In this document: positions 1-12,636 of the stretch, piece by piece
Layout: every line of letters starts with the position of its first letter
Position numbering within the stretch: the first letter of the stretch is position 1
Assembly: GCA_035493215.1 (NCBI GenBank)
Contig: DATJIO010000007.1
Location: 15,578-79,577 of the forward strand
Direction: 5' to 3'
Source: Caulobacteraceae bacterium
GTDB lineage: Bacteria; Pseudomonadota; Alphaproteobacteria; Caulobacterales; Caulobacteraceae
Length of the DNA: 64,000 nt
Notes under the pieces: generated by a model
The model's database searches: none
What the model was told of the DNA's origin: nothing
The model's input: the letters and a program-made list of their open reading frames with translations, nothing else
Made by a program: the position numbers and the translations under genes

Positions 1-839
1 TCGCCGGGCCAGCGGTAGAAGATGTGGGCGCCGATCTGGCTCAGCTTCACCAGCGCCGGGGCCCAGTAGGGGGCCACATAGTCGGCGTGGTAGTGGGTGG
101 CGGTCCCGACCTTGGCCATGACGAAGCCGTTCAGGGCGGCTTCGGCGACCTTGCGGTCGTCGTTCCACAGCACCGCGATGGGGCTGCGCACCAGGGCGCC
201 GTCGCAGGTGAAGGAGAACTGGCAGCCGGTCAGCCGCTCCCAGCCCTGGTAGACCACGCCGCAGACCGACTTGGGGAAGTTGGGGTCTCGCACCCGGTTC
301 AGCACCACCTGGGCCACCGCCCGGCGGCCGTCCAGGGGCTCCAGCGCGGCCTCGTAGTAGATGGCGTTGGTCAGGCACCGCACCGCTCGCTCGCGCTCGG
401 CCGCGTTGGCCGCCTTCAGCACGAAAGGGGCGGCCGGCGGGACCTGGCCCGCCTCGAAGGGGATGGCCCCGTTGATCTGGCGGGCCTGCGCCCCCTCGAT
501 CGGCTTGAAGTCGAACAGGCTGCGGGTGTCGGGCGGCAGGAAGCCGAACAGGGGAACGTCGTCGACCTGTTCGGCCGGGTCGTAGCGCTTGGCCAGGGCC
601 GCCGCGGCCGGGTCCATGTCGGCGATCATCGCCTGGAGCGCGGCTTCGCGCAGGTCGCCGTGGGTCGCCGCCGCCACCCGCCGCGCGCCCTCGTCCGAGC
701 CCACCGGGCTGGAGCGCGCCGCCGACAGGCCCAGGGTGAGCGCCAGCACCGCCGCCACCGACACGCCTGCGGCGGCCGGCGCGCGCCATTCCACGGCGGT
801 CGCCCGTTGGGTCAGCTGCGAGAGGAGGCGAAAGTGCAT
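1..839 (-). CDS. Cell wall hydrolase, SleB/Hydrolase_2-like (3' end runs off the window)
   Basis: Absent from the ORF track because it is open to the window edge. My translation from ATG (complement of 837-839) gives MHFRLLSQLTQRATAVEW... followed by AVRCLTNAIYYEAALEPLDGRRAVAQVVLNRVRDPNFPKSVCGVVYQGWERLTGCQFSFTCDG, the conserved core of SleB-type hydrolases. Codons are GC3-rich. Confidence 0.75.
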   Translation of the reverse strand, partial: MHFRLLSQLTQRATAVEWRAPAAAGVSVAAVLALTLGLSAARSSPVGSDEGARRVAAATHGDLREAALQAMIADMDPAAAALAKRYDPAEQVDDVPLFGFLPPDTRSLFDFKPIEGAQARQINGAIPFEAGQVPPAAPFVLKAANAAERERAVRCLTNAIYYEAALEPLDGRRAVAQVVLNRVRDPNFPKSVCGVVYQGWERLTGCQFSFTCDGALVRSPIAVLWNDDRKVAEAALNGFVMAKVGTATHYHADYVAPYWAPALVKLSQIGAHIFYRWPG

Positions 840-1048
840 CGGCTCGGCGGTCTGCGAGCCGGCGGACGCGAGCGGTGCGTCGGGCCAGGCCCCGGGGAAG
901 GTCGTCGAGAGCAGGGGGGCCTTATGGTCCCCCTATATGGCGATTTGGCGCCCGCGATTGTTTCCAGGTGGGCGCACCGAGGCGGCGATGCAATGGGGCG
1001 CTGCCGTCGCGGCGGGGCGATACGACAGTTCCGGACGCCAGAAAACCA

Positions 1049-1080
1049 GAACAGATTGCCAACGGGAACAGATCGTGTAC
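1049..1080 (+). promoter_or_regulatory. Two tandem imperfect alphaproteobacterial LexA (SOS) boxes upstream of recA
   Basis: GAAC-N7-CAAC (1049-1063) and GAAC-N7-GTAC (1066-1080) lie 76-107 nt upstream of the recA start. The alphaproteobacterial SOS box is a GAAC-N7-GAAC / GTTC-N7-GTTC direct repeat. The second half-site of each box is imperfect. Confidence 0.4.
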
Positions 1081-1155
1081 GTTGAGTCCTGTCGGCGGGC
1101 GCGCTTCAAGGCGCTTCCTGCCAGGGGTCGGAATCGGTCATAGCAGGAGGGTGAA

Positions 1156-2223
1156 GTGAGCCAATCGGTGTTGCGCCTAGTGGGACGGGACGAACCAGAC
1201 AAGCAGCGCGCCCTCGAAGCCGCGCTCGCCCAGATCGACCGGGCCTTCGGCAAGGGCTCGGTGATGAAGCTTGGGCTCAAGGGCGCGGTGGTGCCGATCG
1301 AATCGGTCCCGACCGGCTCGCTGGGCCTCGACCTGGCGCTCGGCATCGGCGGCCTGCCCCGCGGGCGGGTGGTCGAGATCTTCGGCCCCGAATCCTCCGG
1401 CAAGACCACCCTGGCCCTGCACGTGGTGGCCGAGGTGCAGAAGTCCGGCGGCACCGCCGCCTTCGTCGACGCCGAGCACGCGCTGGACCCCACCTACGCC
1501 CAGAAGCTGGGGGTGAACCTCGACGATCTGCTGGTGTCGCAGCCGGACACCGGCGAACAGGCGCTGGAGATCACCGACACCCTGGTCCGCTCCAACGCCG
1601 TGGACATCATCGTCATCGACTCGGTGGCCGCCCTGACCCCTCGGGCCGAGATCGAGGGCGAGATGGGCGACAGCCTGCCGGGCTTGCAGGCGCGCCTGAT
1701 GAGCCAGGCCCTGCGCAAGCTCACCGCCTCGATCTCCAAGTCCAAGTGCATCGTCATCTTCATCAACCAGATCCGCATGAAGATCGGGGTGATGTACGGC
1801 AGCCCGGAGACCACCACCGGCGGCAATGCGCTCAAGTTCTACGCCTCGGTGCGCCTGGACATCCGCCGCACCGGCTCGGTCAAGAACCGCGACGAGATCG
1901 TCGGCAACAACGTCCGGGTCAAGGTGGTCAAGAACAAGGTCGCCCCGCCGTTCCGCGAGGTCGAGTTCGACATCATGTACGGCGAGGGTATCTCCAAGCT
2001 GGGCGAGATCATCGACCTGGGCGTCAAGGCCGGGGTGGTCGAGAAGTCCGGTTCCTGGTTCTCCTACAACTCCACCCGCATCGGCCAGGGCCGCGACAAC
2101 GCCCGCGAATTCCTCAAGGCCAATCCGGCCATGGCCCAGGAGATCGAGGTGGCGGTGCGCAAGAACGCCGCGCCGATCGTCGAGGACATGCTGGGCGCCC
2201 CCGAACCCGACGGCGAGGACTAG
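1156..2223 (+). CDS. recA: Recombinase RecA
   Basis: 355-aa ORF with a GTG start. It has the [26 protein letters not shown]-terminus, Walker [10 protein letters not shown] and IVIDSVAAL, with full-length RecA-like sequence throughout. Confidence 0.98.
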   Translation: MSQSVLRLVGRDEPDKQRALEAALAQIDRAFGKGSVMKLGLKGAVVPIESVPTGSLGLDLALGIGGLPRGRVVEIFGPESSGKTTLALHVVAEVQKSGGTAAFVDAEHALDPTYAQKLGVNLDDLLVSQPDTGEQALEITDTLVRSNAVDIIVIDSVAALTPRAEIEGEMGDSLPGLQARLMSQALRKLTASISKSKCIVIFINQIRMKIGVMYGSPETTTGGNALKFYASVRLDIRRTGSVKNRDEIVGNNVRVKVVKNKVAPPFREVEFDIMYGEGISKLGEIIDLGVKAGVVEKSGSWFSYNSTRIGQGRDNAREFLKANPAMAQEIEVAVRKNAAPIVEDMLGAPEPDGED

Positions 2224-2323
2224 CGCCGTCACAGAATCGCTGCGGCGCGGGCGTTCCTGGGTGCGACCCGCCGACCTTGCCGCGCCGGCTCGTCGCCCGC
2301 GCCGCAGCGAAACCACCGAAGAG

Positions 2324-2350
2324 GGGTCGGCCGAAAGGCTGGCCCTTTTT
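2324..2350 (+). terminator. Intrinsic terminator after recA
   Basis: GGGTCGGCC-GAAA-GGCTGGCCC hairpin (9 pairs including 2 G-U) followed by TTTTT. Confidence 0.6.
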
Positions 2351-2475
2351 GCGTAAGGAGGCGGAGACCGGGGTCGTCGCCGGGGCGCCCGTAAATGCGC
2401 CGCAGCATCGCCGCTGGCCCCCAAGGCCGCGCTTTTCTATATGAACGGCCGATCAGTCCCTTTACCGGAGCGGCC

Positions 2476-5115
<2,640 letters not shown>

Positions 5116-5139
5116 CGCCGCAAAGCTTCGCCGGACCCG

Positions 5140-5727
5140 CTACGCCGGCGGCAGCTCGATCCGCACCAGTTTCCAGCCCAGCCCGCGCCGCTCCAGCACC
5201 CAGGTCAGCGGGGCGTGGGCGCTGTCGCTGCTGACGGTGGTGGCCCGCACATGGTTCAGGTCGGCGTAGGCGAACCGGGCGCCCGGGGGCTTCGCCCGCG
5301 CCGGTGGGGCGCCGGGCGGCGGGGGCGGGGCGGTGTCGGGCGGCGGGGGTAGGGCGGTCTTGCCCCCGGTCACGTCCGACAGCGGCGCCCGGCCGCTGCG
5401 GATGATGGCGGCCACGCCGTCGGGGGTCACCGCGGCGTCCACCACCTGGTCGACCACCGTGGGGCCGAGCAGGGCGCCCAGGGCCCCGAACGGCCCATCG
5501 GACAGGGCCCGGTCGCTTGAGAGCGCCGTCGACAGCCGGGTGTTGAGCTGGGTCTTCAGCCCGTCGCGAACGGCCGGGAAGTCCACCAGGGCCTCCAGCC
5601 TGCCGCGGTCGCCGGTGCGGCCCGCCTCGGCCAGGTCGGCGAAGGCCTGGAACGGCGAAAGGACGTACCAGGCGACCGCCGCCAGCACCGCGAAGACGGC
5701 CAGGCCGGCCCAGAACCTTGATTTCAT
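5140..5727 (-). CDS. DUF2939-like single-pass membrane protein
   Basis: 195-aa ORF with an N-terminal TM helix (WAGLAVFAVLAAVAWYVL) followed by FADLAEAGRTGDRGRLEALVDFPAVRDGLKTQL. As I recall this matches DUF2939. It is a paralogue of the upstream gene. Confidence 0.7.
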   Translation of the reverse strand: MKSRFWAGLAVFAVLAAVAWYVLSPFQAFADLAEAGRTGDRGRLEALVDFPAVRDGLKTQLNTRLSTALSSDRALSDGPFGALGALLGPTVVDQVVDAAVTPDGVAAIIRSGRAPLSDVTGGKTALPPPPDTAPPPPPGAPPARAKPPGARFAYADLNHVRATTVSSDSAHAPLTWVLERRGLGWKLVRIELPPA

Positions 5728-6440
5728 CTTGCACTCGTCGGAGGCGCGGCCTGCGGCAGGCCCACGCCCACCAGCCGCCAGGAGAACGCCTTGCGGCGCT
5801 CGAAGGTGAGGATGGTCTCGCGCGCCGGCCGGGTAGGATCGGTCACGCCCAGGCGCACGCGGTCGGCGCTCCAGAACCGCATCGCCGGGACCGGCCCGCC
5901 GAACAGGCCGCCGCCGGGGACCGTCTTGGTTGCGGCCGGGGCGGCGCGGCCATGGGCCAGGGCCGCCAGGGAATCCGGGGTCAGGTAGGGATCGACGTCC
6001 GCCTGGGGGCTGGCCGGCTCCCAGGCCCGGCGCAGGGCGCCTAGGGGATCGTGCAGCAGGTCGGCGGGCGGGCCGCGCTCGGCCGAGGCCGGGCGGAGCT
6101 GGGTGCGCAGGCTCTGGCGTACGGCGTTGTAGTCCACGAGCTGGCTCAGGGCCTGGACGTCGCCGTACTCGGCCGCGGCCCGCAGCGACCGGAAGGCGAA
6201 CAGGGGCGCCGTGACGAAGGCGGCTCCCGCCAGCGCCAGGCCGACCAGGAACAGCGTCAGCAACGGGTGCGGGCGGCGCTCCAACCGCGCCCCGCCCCCG
6301 GCATAGGGGTCGTAACGGGCGTCATGGGCGGCGGCGTCGAGGCGGGACTCGATCGTCGCCCAGCGTCGGCGGCCCCCGCCGGGGGAGCCGCCGTCCTTTT
6401 CGGGCGGGAACGTTGGCGGGTCGTCGTCCATCTCGTCCAT
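5724..6440 (-). CDS. DUF2939-like membrane protein (paralogue)
   Basis: Track ORF 5724..6497 trimmed to ATG at 6440 (MDEMDDDPP...). It has a TM helix followed by AAEYGDVQALSQLVDYNAVRQSLRTQL, parallel to the downstream gene. Its stop overlaps the next start (ATGA at 5724-5727). Confidence 0.65.
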   Translation of the reverse strand: MDEMDDDPPTFPPEKDGGSPGGGRRRWATIESRLDAAAHDARYDPYAGGGARLERRPHPLLTLFLVGLALAGAAFVTAPLFAFRSLRAAAEYGDVQALSQLVDYNAVRQSLRTQLRPASAERGPPADLLHDPLGALRRAWEPASPQADVDPYLTPDSLAALAHGRAAPAATKTVPGGGLFGGPVPAMRFWSADRVRLGVTDPTRPARETILTFERRKAFSWRLVGVGLPQAAPPTSAR

Positions 6441-6516
6441 GCTAGCCGAAGCGGACGCCGGCGGAAAACGTTGCGCTCGCGGCCTCCCTCCCCACAAGGG
6501 GTAGGGAGGCGCAAAC

Positions 6517-7728
6517 CTACGCCATCGCCTTTACGAGGTTCTCCGAAATCTTGTCGAGGAAGCCTTCGGTGGTCAGCCACTTCTGGTTCTCGCCGACCAG
6601 CAGGGCCAGGTCCTTGGTCATGAAGCCCTGCTCGACGGTGTCGACGCAGACCTTCTCCAGGGTGGTGGCGAACTTCGCCAGCTCCGCGTTGCCGTCGAGC
6701 TTGGCCCGGTGGGCCAGGCCGCGGGTCCAGGCGAAGATCGAGGCCATCGAGTTGGTCGAGGTCGATTCTCCCTTCTGGTGCTGGCGGTAGTGGCGGGTGA
6801 CGGTGCCGTGGGCCGCCTCGGCCTCGACGGTCTTGCCGTCGGGGGTCATCAGCACCGAGGTCATCAGGCCGAGCGAGCCGTAGCCCTGCGCCACCGTGTC
6901 GGACTGCACGTCGCCGTCGTAGTTCTTGCAGGCCCAGACATAGCCGCCCGACCACTTCAGGGACGCGGCCACCATGTCGTCGATCAGCCGGTGCTCATAG
7001 GTGATGCCGGCTGCCTTGAACTTGTCGGCGTATTCGGCGTCGAAGACCTGCTGGAAGATGTCCTTGAAGCGCCCGTCGTAGTACTTGAGGATGGTGTTCT
7101 TGGTCGACAGATAGACCGGATAGTTGCGCATCAGCCCGTAGGCGAAGCTGGCGTGCGCGAAGTCGCGGATCGACTCGTCCAGGTTGTACATGGCCATGGC
7201 AACGCCGCCGCCGGGGAAGTCGAACACGTCGTGCTCGATCGTCTTGCCGTCCTCGCCGACGAACTTGATGGTCAGCTTGCCGGGGCCCGGCACCACGAAG
7301 TCGGTGGCCTTGTATTGGTCGCCGTAGGCGTGGCGGCCGACGACGATGGGCTGGGTCCAGCCCGGCACCAGCCGCGGCACGTTCTTGCAGATGATCGGCT
7401 CGCGGAAGATCACCCCGCCCAGGATGTTGCGGATGGTGCCGTTGGGCGACTTCCACATCTTCTTCAGGTTGAATTCCTTCACCCGCGCTTCGTCGGGGGT
7501 GATGGTGGCGCACTTGACCGCCACGCCGTACTGCTTGGTCGCGTTGGCCGCATCGATGGTGATCTGGTCGTCGGTGGCGTCCCGGTTCTCGACCGACAGG
7601 TCGTAGTACTTCAGGTCGATGTCGAGATAGGGGTGGATCAGCTTGTCCTTGATCCATTTCCAGATGATGCGGGTCATCTCGTCGCCGTCCATTTCGACGA
7701 CGGGATTGGCGACTTTGATCTTCTGCAT
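6517..7728 (-). CDS. icd: NADP-dependent isocitrate dehydrogenase (403-aa, eukaryote-like type)
   Basis: Track ORF trimmed to ATG at 7728 ([31 protein letters not shown]...). The IDH-like sequence is full length. Confidence 0.95.
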   Translation of the reverse strand: MQKIKVANPVVEMDGDEMTRIIWKWIKDKLIHPYLDIDLKYYDLSVENRDATDDQITIDAANATKQYGVAVKCATITPDEARVKEFNLKKMWKSPNGTIRNILGGVIFREPIICKNVPRLVPGWTQPIVVGRHAYGDQYKATDFVVPGPGKLTIKFVGEDGKTIEHDVFDFPGGGVAMAMYNLDESIRDFAHASFAYGLMRNYPVYLSTKNTILKYYDGRFKDIFQQVFDAEYADKFKAAGITYEHRLIDDMVAASLKWSGGYVWACKNYDGDVQSDTVAQGYGSLGLMTSVLMTPDGKTVEAEAAHGTVTRHYRQHQKGESTSTNSMASIFAWTRGLAHRAKLDGNAELAKFATTLEKVCVDTVEQGFMTKDLALLVGENQKWLTTEGFLDKISENLVKAMA

Positions 7729-7834
7729 AGGCGGCCTTCGGCGGATGTGAAAACGGGGCGCCGGCTGGTGCGACGGCGCGGCGGCGCCCGTATAGCCGGT
7801 TGCGGGCGGGCTCGAAAGCCTCCACACCGCCGCT

Positions 7835-8614
7835 ATGGATTCAGCCTCCGGTCCCCCCCCGCCCTGCGTGATCCTCGACCACCCTCAGTTGGCCGAGAAC
7901 ATCGGCTCGGTCGCCCGCGCCATGGCCAACTTCGGCCTCGCCGACCTGCGCCTGGTGGCGCCGCGGGACGGCTGGCCCCAGGACCGCGCCTGGGCTTCGG
8001 CCTCGGGCGCCGATTGGCCCTTGGACCAGGCACGGGTGTTCGCTTCGGTGGAGGAGGCCGTCGCCGACCTGCGTCTGGTCTACGCCGCCACCGCCCGGCC
8101 CCGCGAGACCATGCTGCCGGTCCACACCCCGCACGAGGCGGCCAAGGCCCTGAGCGCGGCCGTCGGCGGCGGCCTGGGCGCCGGCGTCCTGTTCGGAGCC
8201 GAGCGGGCGGGGCTCGAGACCCGCGACATCGCCCTGTGCAACGCGATACTGACGATACCCGTCGATCCCAGGTTCCATTCGCTCAACCTCAGCCATGCGG
8301 TGAGCATCGTCGCCTATGAATGGCGCCGCACCGTGCTGGACGCGCCGACCCGGACCTTCAAGGACATGGTCCCCGCGGACCAGGCGACCATGCTGGGGCT
8401 CTACGGCCAGCTCGAGGACGAGCTGGAGGCTTCGGGCTTCTTCCATCCGCCGGAGAAGAAGCCGGCCATGGTGCGCAACCTGCGCGTGGCCCTTAACCGG
8501 GCGCGCTTCACCGACCAGGAGGCCCGCACCTTCCGCGGCGTCGTCACCGCCTTGGTCAAGGGCCGCGGTCGCCATCTGGCCAAGCTGGCAGGCGCAAAGG
8601 GCAAGGACGAGTAG
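7835..8614 (+). CDS. SpoU/TrmH-family RNA 2'-O-methyltransferase (TrmJ-like)
   Basis: 259-aa ORF with [15 protein letters not shown] near the N-terminus, then LFGAERAGL and [23 protein letters not shown], the SPOUT motifs. Confidence 0.85.
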   Translation: MDSASGPPPPCVILDHPQLAENIGSVARAMANFGLADLRLVAPRDGWPQDRAWASASGADWPLDQARVFASVEEAVADLRLVYAATARPRETMLPVHTPHEAAKALSAAVGGGLGAGVLFGAERAGLETRDIALCNAILTIPVDPRFHSLNLSHAVSIVAYEWRRTVLDAPTRTFKDMVPADQATMLGLYGQLEDELEASGFFHPPEKKPAMVRNLRVALNRARFTDQEARTFRGVVTALVKGRGRHLAKLAGAKGKDE

Positions 8615-8694
8615 GGCGCCGACGCCGCGACGCAAGCGCCCACCGGACGCTTTGCCGCGCCGGCCGGGGGCAAAGCTGAGCTAGACGTTGATGG

Positions 8695-9852
8695 ATGTCC
8701 GACATCCTCCAACGGCTGTTCCGATCCGTCCGCCGCGATCCCGATGGGATGAGGGCGCTGCAGGCCGCCAACGCCCGTCTGCAGGCAGAGATCGACGCCC
8801 ACCAGGCGACGGTGGCCGCCCTGGCCGCGGCGCACGCCACTCTCGAGCTCCAGGTGGCCGAACGGGTCGAGGACATCCGCATCCTCAACGAGCGGTTCGC
8901 CGCCGGCCTGCGCAACTCGCCGGTGACCCTGGTCGAACAGGACGAGGCCCTTCGCTACACCTGGGTGTTCAACCCCCCGGCCGGCCTGGACCCCCAGCAG
9001 ATGGTCGGCCACCAGGCCTACGACTTCACCGAGCCCCACACCGCCGACCTGGCGGTATCGCTGCGCCGCGAAGCCATGGCCAGCGGCGAGCCGCGTCAGG
9101 CCGAGATGCGGGTGGAGCGCGGCGGCGAGGTGTTCTGGTACATGGTCCGGGTCCAGCCTACCCGGCTGCGGGACGGCTGCCCGGGGGTTATCGCCAGCTC
9201 TGTGGACATTACCGCCCAGAAGCACCAGCAGGAGCACCTGGAACTCGTCACCCGCGAGCTGAACCACCGCTCCAAGAACCTGCTCACCATCGTCCTATCC
9301 ATCGCCCGCCAGACCGCCGCGGGCCTGGACGTGCCGCCGGCGTTTCTGGGGCGTCTTAGCGAGCGGCTCGGTTCCCTGGCCGCCGCCCACGACGTGCTGG
9401 TGGAGGGGGACTGGCGCGGGGCAGACCTGCACGCGGTGATCGAGAGCCAGCTCAGGCACCTGATCCAATCCGTGGCGGGCCGCATCCGGATCGTCGGCGA
9501 AGGCTTCGAGCTGTCGCCGGAAATGGCCCACTACGTGGGCTTGGCGATACACGAGCTCGGCGCCAACGCCGCCAAGTACGGGGCGCTCTCCACCGACCGA
9601 GGCCAGGTGGTGGTGGAATGGGCGGTGGCGCCCGGAGCCGGCGGCGAATCCAGCCTGCGCATCGACTGGCGCGAGACCGGCGGTCCCCGGGCGGAGCCCC
9701 CCTCCGCCAAGGGCTTCGGCTGCACCATCCTCGAGGTGCTGGCCCCGCGGGCCCTGGGCGGGACGGCCAGTCTCCGCTTCGCCGAGGAGGGCGTGGCCTG
9801 GAGCCTGGAGGCGCCCCTGGCGGGCCTCGTGGCCCGGTCGCCCCAGACCTAG
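8695..9852 (+). CDS. PAS-containing HWE/HisKA_2-type sensor histidine kinase
   Basis: 385-aa ORF with an N-terminal coiled coil, a PAS-like segment, the H-box ELNHRSKNLLTIVLSIARQT and an HWE-type ATPase region (HELGANAAKYGAL). Confidence 0.85.
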   Translation: MSDILQRLFRSVRRDPDGMRALQAANARLQAEIDAHQATVAALAAAHATLELQVAERVEDIRILNERFAAGLRNSPVTLVEQDEALRYTWVFNPPAGLDPQQMVGHQAYDFTEPHTADLAVSLRREAMASGEPRQAEMRVERGGEVFWYMVRVQPTRLRDGCPGVIASSVDITAQKHQQEHLELVTRELNHRSKNLLTIVLSIARQTAAGLDVPPAFLGRLSERLGSLAAAHDVLVEGDWRGADLHAVIESQLRHLIQSVAGRIRIVGEGFELSPEMAHYVGLAIHELGANAAKYGALSTDRGQVVVEWAVAPGAGGESSLRIDWRETGGPRAEPPSAKGFGCTILEVLAPRALGGTASLRFAEEGVAWSLEAPLAGLVARSPQT

Positions 9853-9965
9853 AGCGTTTTCGAACGAAGCGGGCGCCGGTCCGCGTGAAGAAAACGCATT
9901 AAATCAAAGCGGCTGGGGCGGGATCGATTCTATCTGACGCTGCCCTGCTCCAGGGCGACGGGCCT

Positions 9966-10370
9966 TTAGCGCGCGACCCGGGCGTAGCGCGGCGCGCCGA
10001 CGCGGGCGGGCCCGCCGCCGTGGGCGGTCTGCAGGATGTCCAGGATCTCCTCGACCCCGGCCTGGGTGAAGGGCTTTTCCAGCACGGCCAGGGCGCCGGC
10101 GAAGTCGGGGGGGATCTGCTCGGCGTTGCCGGTGACGAACCCGACCGCGACCTGCCCGCGGCCGGTCAGGGCGCGGGCGATCCGGACCCCGCTGAAGCCG
10201 TCGCGCAGGTTGATGTCGACCAGCACCGCGTCGGGCTCGGCCGAGGCGGCCAGGGCCAGGGCGCTGTCGAAACAGTCGGCGACGCCGACCACCTCGTGCC
10301 CGGCGGCGGTGGAAAGCAATTGCAGATCGAGCGCGATGAACGGCTCGTCCTCAACCAGCAGCAGGCGCAA
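9966..10370 (-). CDS. Single-domain response regulator (CheY-like receiver)
   Basis: 134-aa ORF with MRLLLVEDEP and a phospho-acceptor context (PDAVLVDINL), ending in EKPF. It is convergent with the HWE kinase. Confidence 0.85.
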   Translation of the reverse strand: MRLLLVEDEPFIALDLQLLSTAAGHEVVGVADCFDSALALAASAEPDAVLVDINLRDGFSGVRIARALTGRGQVAVGFVTGNAEQIPPDFAGALAVLEKPFTQAGVEEILDILQTAHGGGPARVGAPRYARVAR

Positions 10371-10611
10371 GGCGCTCCCCCGAAAGACACCCGACTTGGT
10401 TGTGGCGACGCCCCGGGCTCACTGTCGACCTTCTGTCATTGGCGTCAAGAAGCCGTTGACGCGGAAGCTGTGGATCGTCATACAGCCCCCTTTCCCGCGG
10501 ACCGGGTATCCTGGCCGCGCGAAATCATATGACGGGTGATGCGGACGCCGCCGTTGCAATCGCCTTCCCACTCTCGGGGAGGCCGGCCCGTGTCGATGCG
10601 AAAGAGTCTAC

Positions 10612-11229
10612 ATGTCCAAGCGCCACTCGGCGAAATACAAGATCGACCGCCGTATGGGCGAGAACATTTGGGGCCGTCCCAAATCGCCCGTCAACCAACG
10701 CTCCTACGGCCCCGGCCAGCACGGCCAGCGTCGCAAGTCCAAGGTTTCCGACTTCGGCCTGCAGCTCAAGGCCAAGCAGAAGCTGAAGGGCTACTACGGC
10801 AACCTCACCGAAAAACAGTTCCGCCGGACCTACGACGAGGCGTCGCGCCGCAAGGGCAACACCTCCGAGAACCTGATCGGCCTCTTGGAAAGCCGGCTGG
10901 ACGCGGTGGTCTACCGCTCCAAGTTCGTGCCGACCCCGTTCGCCGCGCGCCAGTTCGTCAACCACGGCCACGTGCAGGTCAACGGCAAGCGGGTCAACAT
11001 CGCCTCCTACCGGGTCAAGCCGGGCGACGTGGTCTCGGTGCGCGAGCGCTCGCGCAACATGGCCCTGGTGCTGGAAGCCATCCAGTCGCCCGAGCGTGAC
11101 ACCCCAGACTACATCGAGGTCGACACCAAGGGCCTGTCGGTGAAGTTCATCCGCGCCCCGGACCTGGCCGAAGTGCCCTATCCGGTGAAGATGGAACCCA
11201 ACCTCGTGGTCGAGTTCTACGCGTCCTAA
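10612..11229 (+). CDS. rpsD: 30S ribosomal protein S4
   Basis: 205-aa ORF beginning [26 protein letters not shown], with an S4 RNA-binding domain. Confidence 0.97.
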   Translation: MSKRHSAKYKIDRRMGENIWGRPKSPVNQRSYGPGQHGQRRKSKVSDFGLQLKAKQKLKGYYGNLTEKQFRRTYDEASRRKGNTSENLIGLLESRLDAVVYRSKFVPTPFAARQFVNHGHVQVNGKRVNIASYRVKPGDVVSVRERSRNMALVLEAIQSPERDTPDYIEVDTKGLSVKFIRAPDLAEVPYPVKMEPNLVVEFYAS

Positions 11230-11256
11230 GACGCCGACGACGACGGGAATGCGAAA

Positions 11257-11286
11257 GGGCCGCGGATCGCTCCGCGGCCCTTTTTT
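11257..11286. terminator. Intrinsic terminator between convergent rpsD and grxD
   Basis: GGGCCGCGGA-TCGC-TCCGCGGCCC, a perfect 10-bp stem followed by TTTTTT. AAA precedes the stem. Confidence 0.75.
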
Positions 11287-11316
11287 CTATCCGGCGTACG
11301 CCGACGACCGGATGGG

Positions 11317-11679
11317 TCAGGCCGCCAGCACGCCCTTTTCGGTCAGGAACGGCTTCAGTTCGCCGGTCGAGAACATCTCGCGTACGATGTCGGAGCCGCC
11401 GACGAACTCGCCCTTGACGTAGAGCTGCGGGATGGTCGGCCAGTCGGAGTAGGTCTTGACGCCCTGGCGCAGGGTCTCGTCCTGCAGGATGTTCACCCCG
11501 ACGAAATCGACCCCAAGGTGGTCGAGGATCTGCACCACCACCGCGGAGAAGCCGCACTGGGGCTTGTCGGGCACGCCCTTCATGAACAGCACCACCGGGT
11601 GCTCGGCCAGGGTCTTGTCGATGAAGGCGTGGACGGCCGTTTCGGTGTCAGGGGCGGATTCGGCGGCGGCTTCGGTCAC
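11317..11679 (-). CDS. grxD: Grx4-family monothiol glutaredoxin
   Basis: CGFS active site (KPQCGFSAVV) and WPTIPQLYVKGEFVGG. The track start is a TTG at 11697. I prefer the GTG at 11679, which is preceded by GGAGG at a 5-nt spacing. Confidence 0.9.
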   Translation of the reverse strand: MTEAAAESAPDTETAVHAFIDKTLAEHPVVLFMKGVPDKPQCGFSAVVVQILDHLGVDFVGVNILQDETLRQGVKTYSDWPTIPQLYVKGEFVGGSDIVREMFSTGELKPFLTEKGVLAA

Positions 11680-11736
11680 GGCGACCTCCGTAAGCAAAAG
11701 GGTTCCGCCCGGAGCTAGGCGCTGCGGCGGCTTATA

Positions 11737-12636
11737 TCAAGCCGCGCCGGACTTCTCGTGGGTGGAAAACCGCGCCATCTCGATCTGGGCCGACAGGCCG
11801 TTGGGCAGGTCGCGCTCCACGGCGGCGGCCAGTTTCTGCAGGGCCGTGGCCTCGAACGACCGGGTCTGGACGGTGGTCAGCGACGGCTCGGTGAGCGCGA
11901 ACGCCAGGCAGGCCTCCTCGGCGGTCCAGCCGGGGGTGCGCTCCAGGAAGGTGTAGGGCCCGTCGAAGGTGGACTTGTCGCCGCCCAGCAGCCGCCTCAG
12001 CCCCAGGGGGCCGGCCGCGGGCTTGTCGGCGGCGCGCCGGTTGAACGGATGGAAGTCGGTGCCGACGACGGCCATGTCGGCCTCGACGGCGCGCTTCAGC
12101 CGGTTGCGCTCGATCCAGCCGGAATGGACGTTGAACGGGGTCTCCAGCACCTCGAAGACTCCGCTGCCGATATGGGGGTCGGCCCCTTCCGCCCCGGCGA
12201 TGCCCAACATCCGCACCCGCCCGGCCTGTTGGGCCGACTGCAGGGACGGGACCACGTGGGGCGGCAAGACCTCGCTTTCGAGGGTGTCGAAGATGGCCAC
12301 GTCCAGGCGGTCAAGGCGGGTGCTGGCCAACGCCGCCTCGATGGCGCCGGTTAGGCCGTCGGTGGTGAGGTCGCGCACGCGCTTGCCGTTGCGGTCGCGG
12401 CTCCAGCCGATCCGTAGGGCCACGAACACCATCCGCCGCTCGATCGCCGAAAGGGCTTCGCCGAGCGCGGCGCCGACCTCGGGGTCGCGCGATTGCAGCT
12501 CGAAGGTGTTGATGCCCGCTTCCAGCGCCGCATAGATCAGCTTAACCCGCTCCTCGGGCCGCATCGGCCGGTCGGTGAGCGCCAAGGACAGGGCGGAGAC
12601 GGCGCCGCCGGAGCGCGCGAAGGGGCGGTATCTCAT
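11737..12636 (-). CDS. Aldo/keto reductase family oxidoreductase
   Basis: Track ORF 11737..12882 is a read-through into bolA. I trimmed it to ATG 12636 (MRYRPFARSGGAVSALSLAL...). It has an AKR-like TIM-barrel pattern, and its start overlaps the bolA stop (ATGA). Confidence 0.7.
   Translation of the reverse strand: MRYRPFARSGGAVSALSLALTDRPMRPEERVKLIYAALEAGINTFELQSRDPEVGAALGEALSAIERRMVFVALRIGWSRDRNGKRVRDLTTDGLTGAIEAALASTRLDRLDVAIFDTLESEVLPPHVVPSLQSAQQAGRVRMLGIAGAEGADPHIGSGVFEVLETPFNVHSGWIERNRLKRAVEADMAVVGTDFHPFNRRAADKPAAGPLGLRRLLGGDKSTFDGPYTFLERTPGWTAEEACLAFALTEPSLTTVQTRSFEATALQKLAAAVERDLPNGLSAQIEMARFSTHEKSGAA

Noticed and set aside
24-1085. 353-aa plus-strand ORF and neighbouring ORFs (361..585, 589..1143) at the left edge
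   Set aside because: The composition is Arg/Gly/Ala-rich nonsense typical of wrong-strand reading in high-GC DNA. The opposite strand encodes a clean SleB-type hydrolase sequence.
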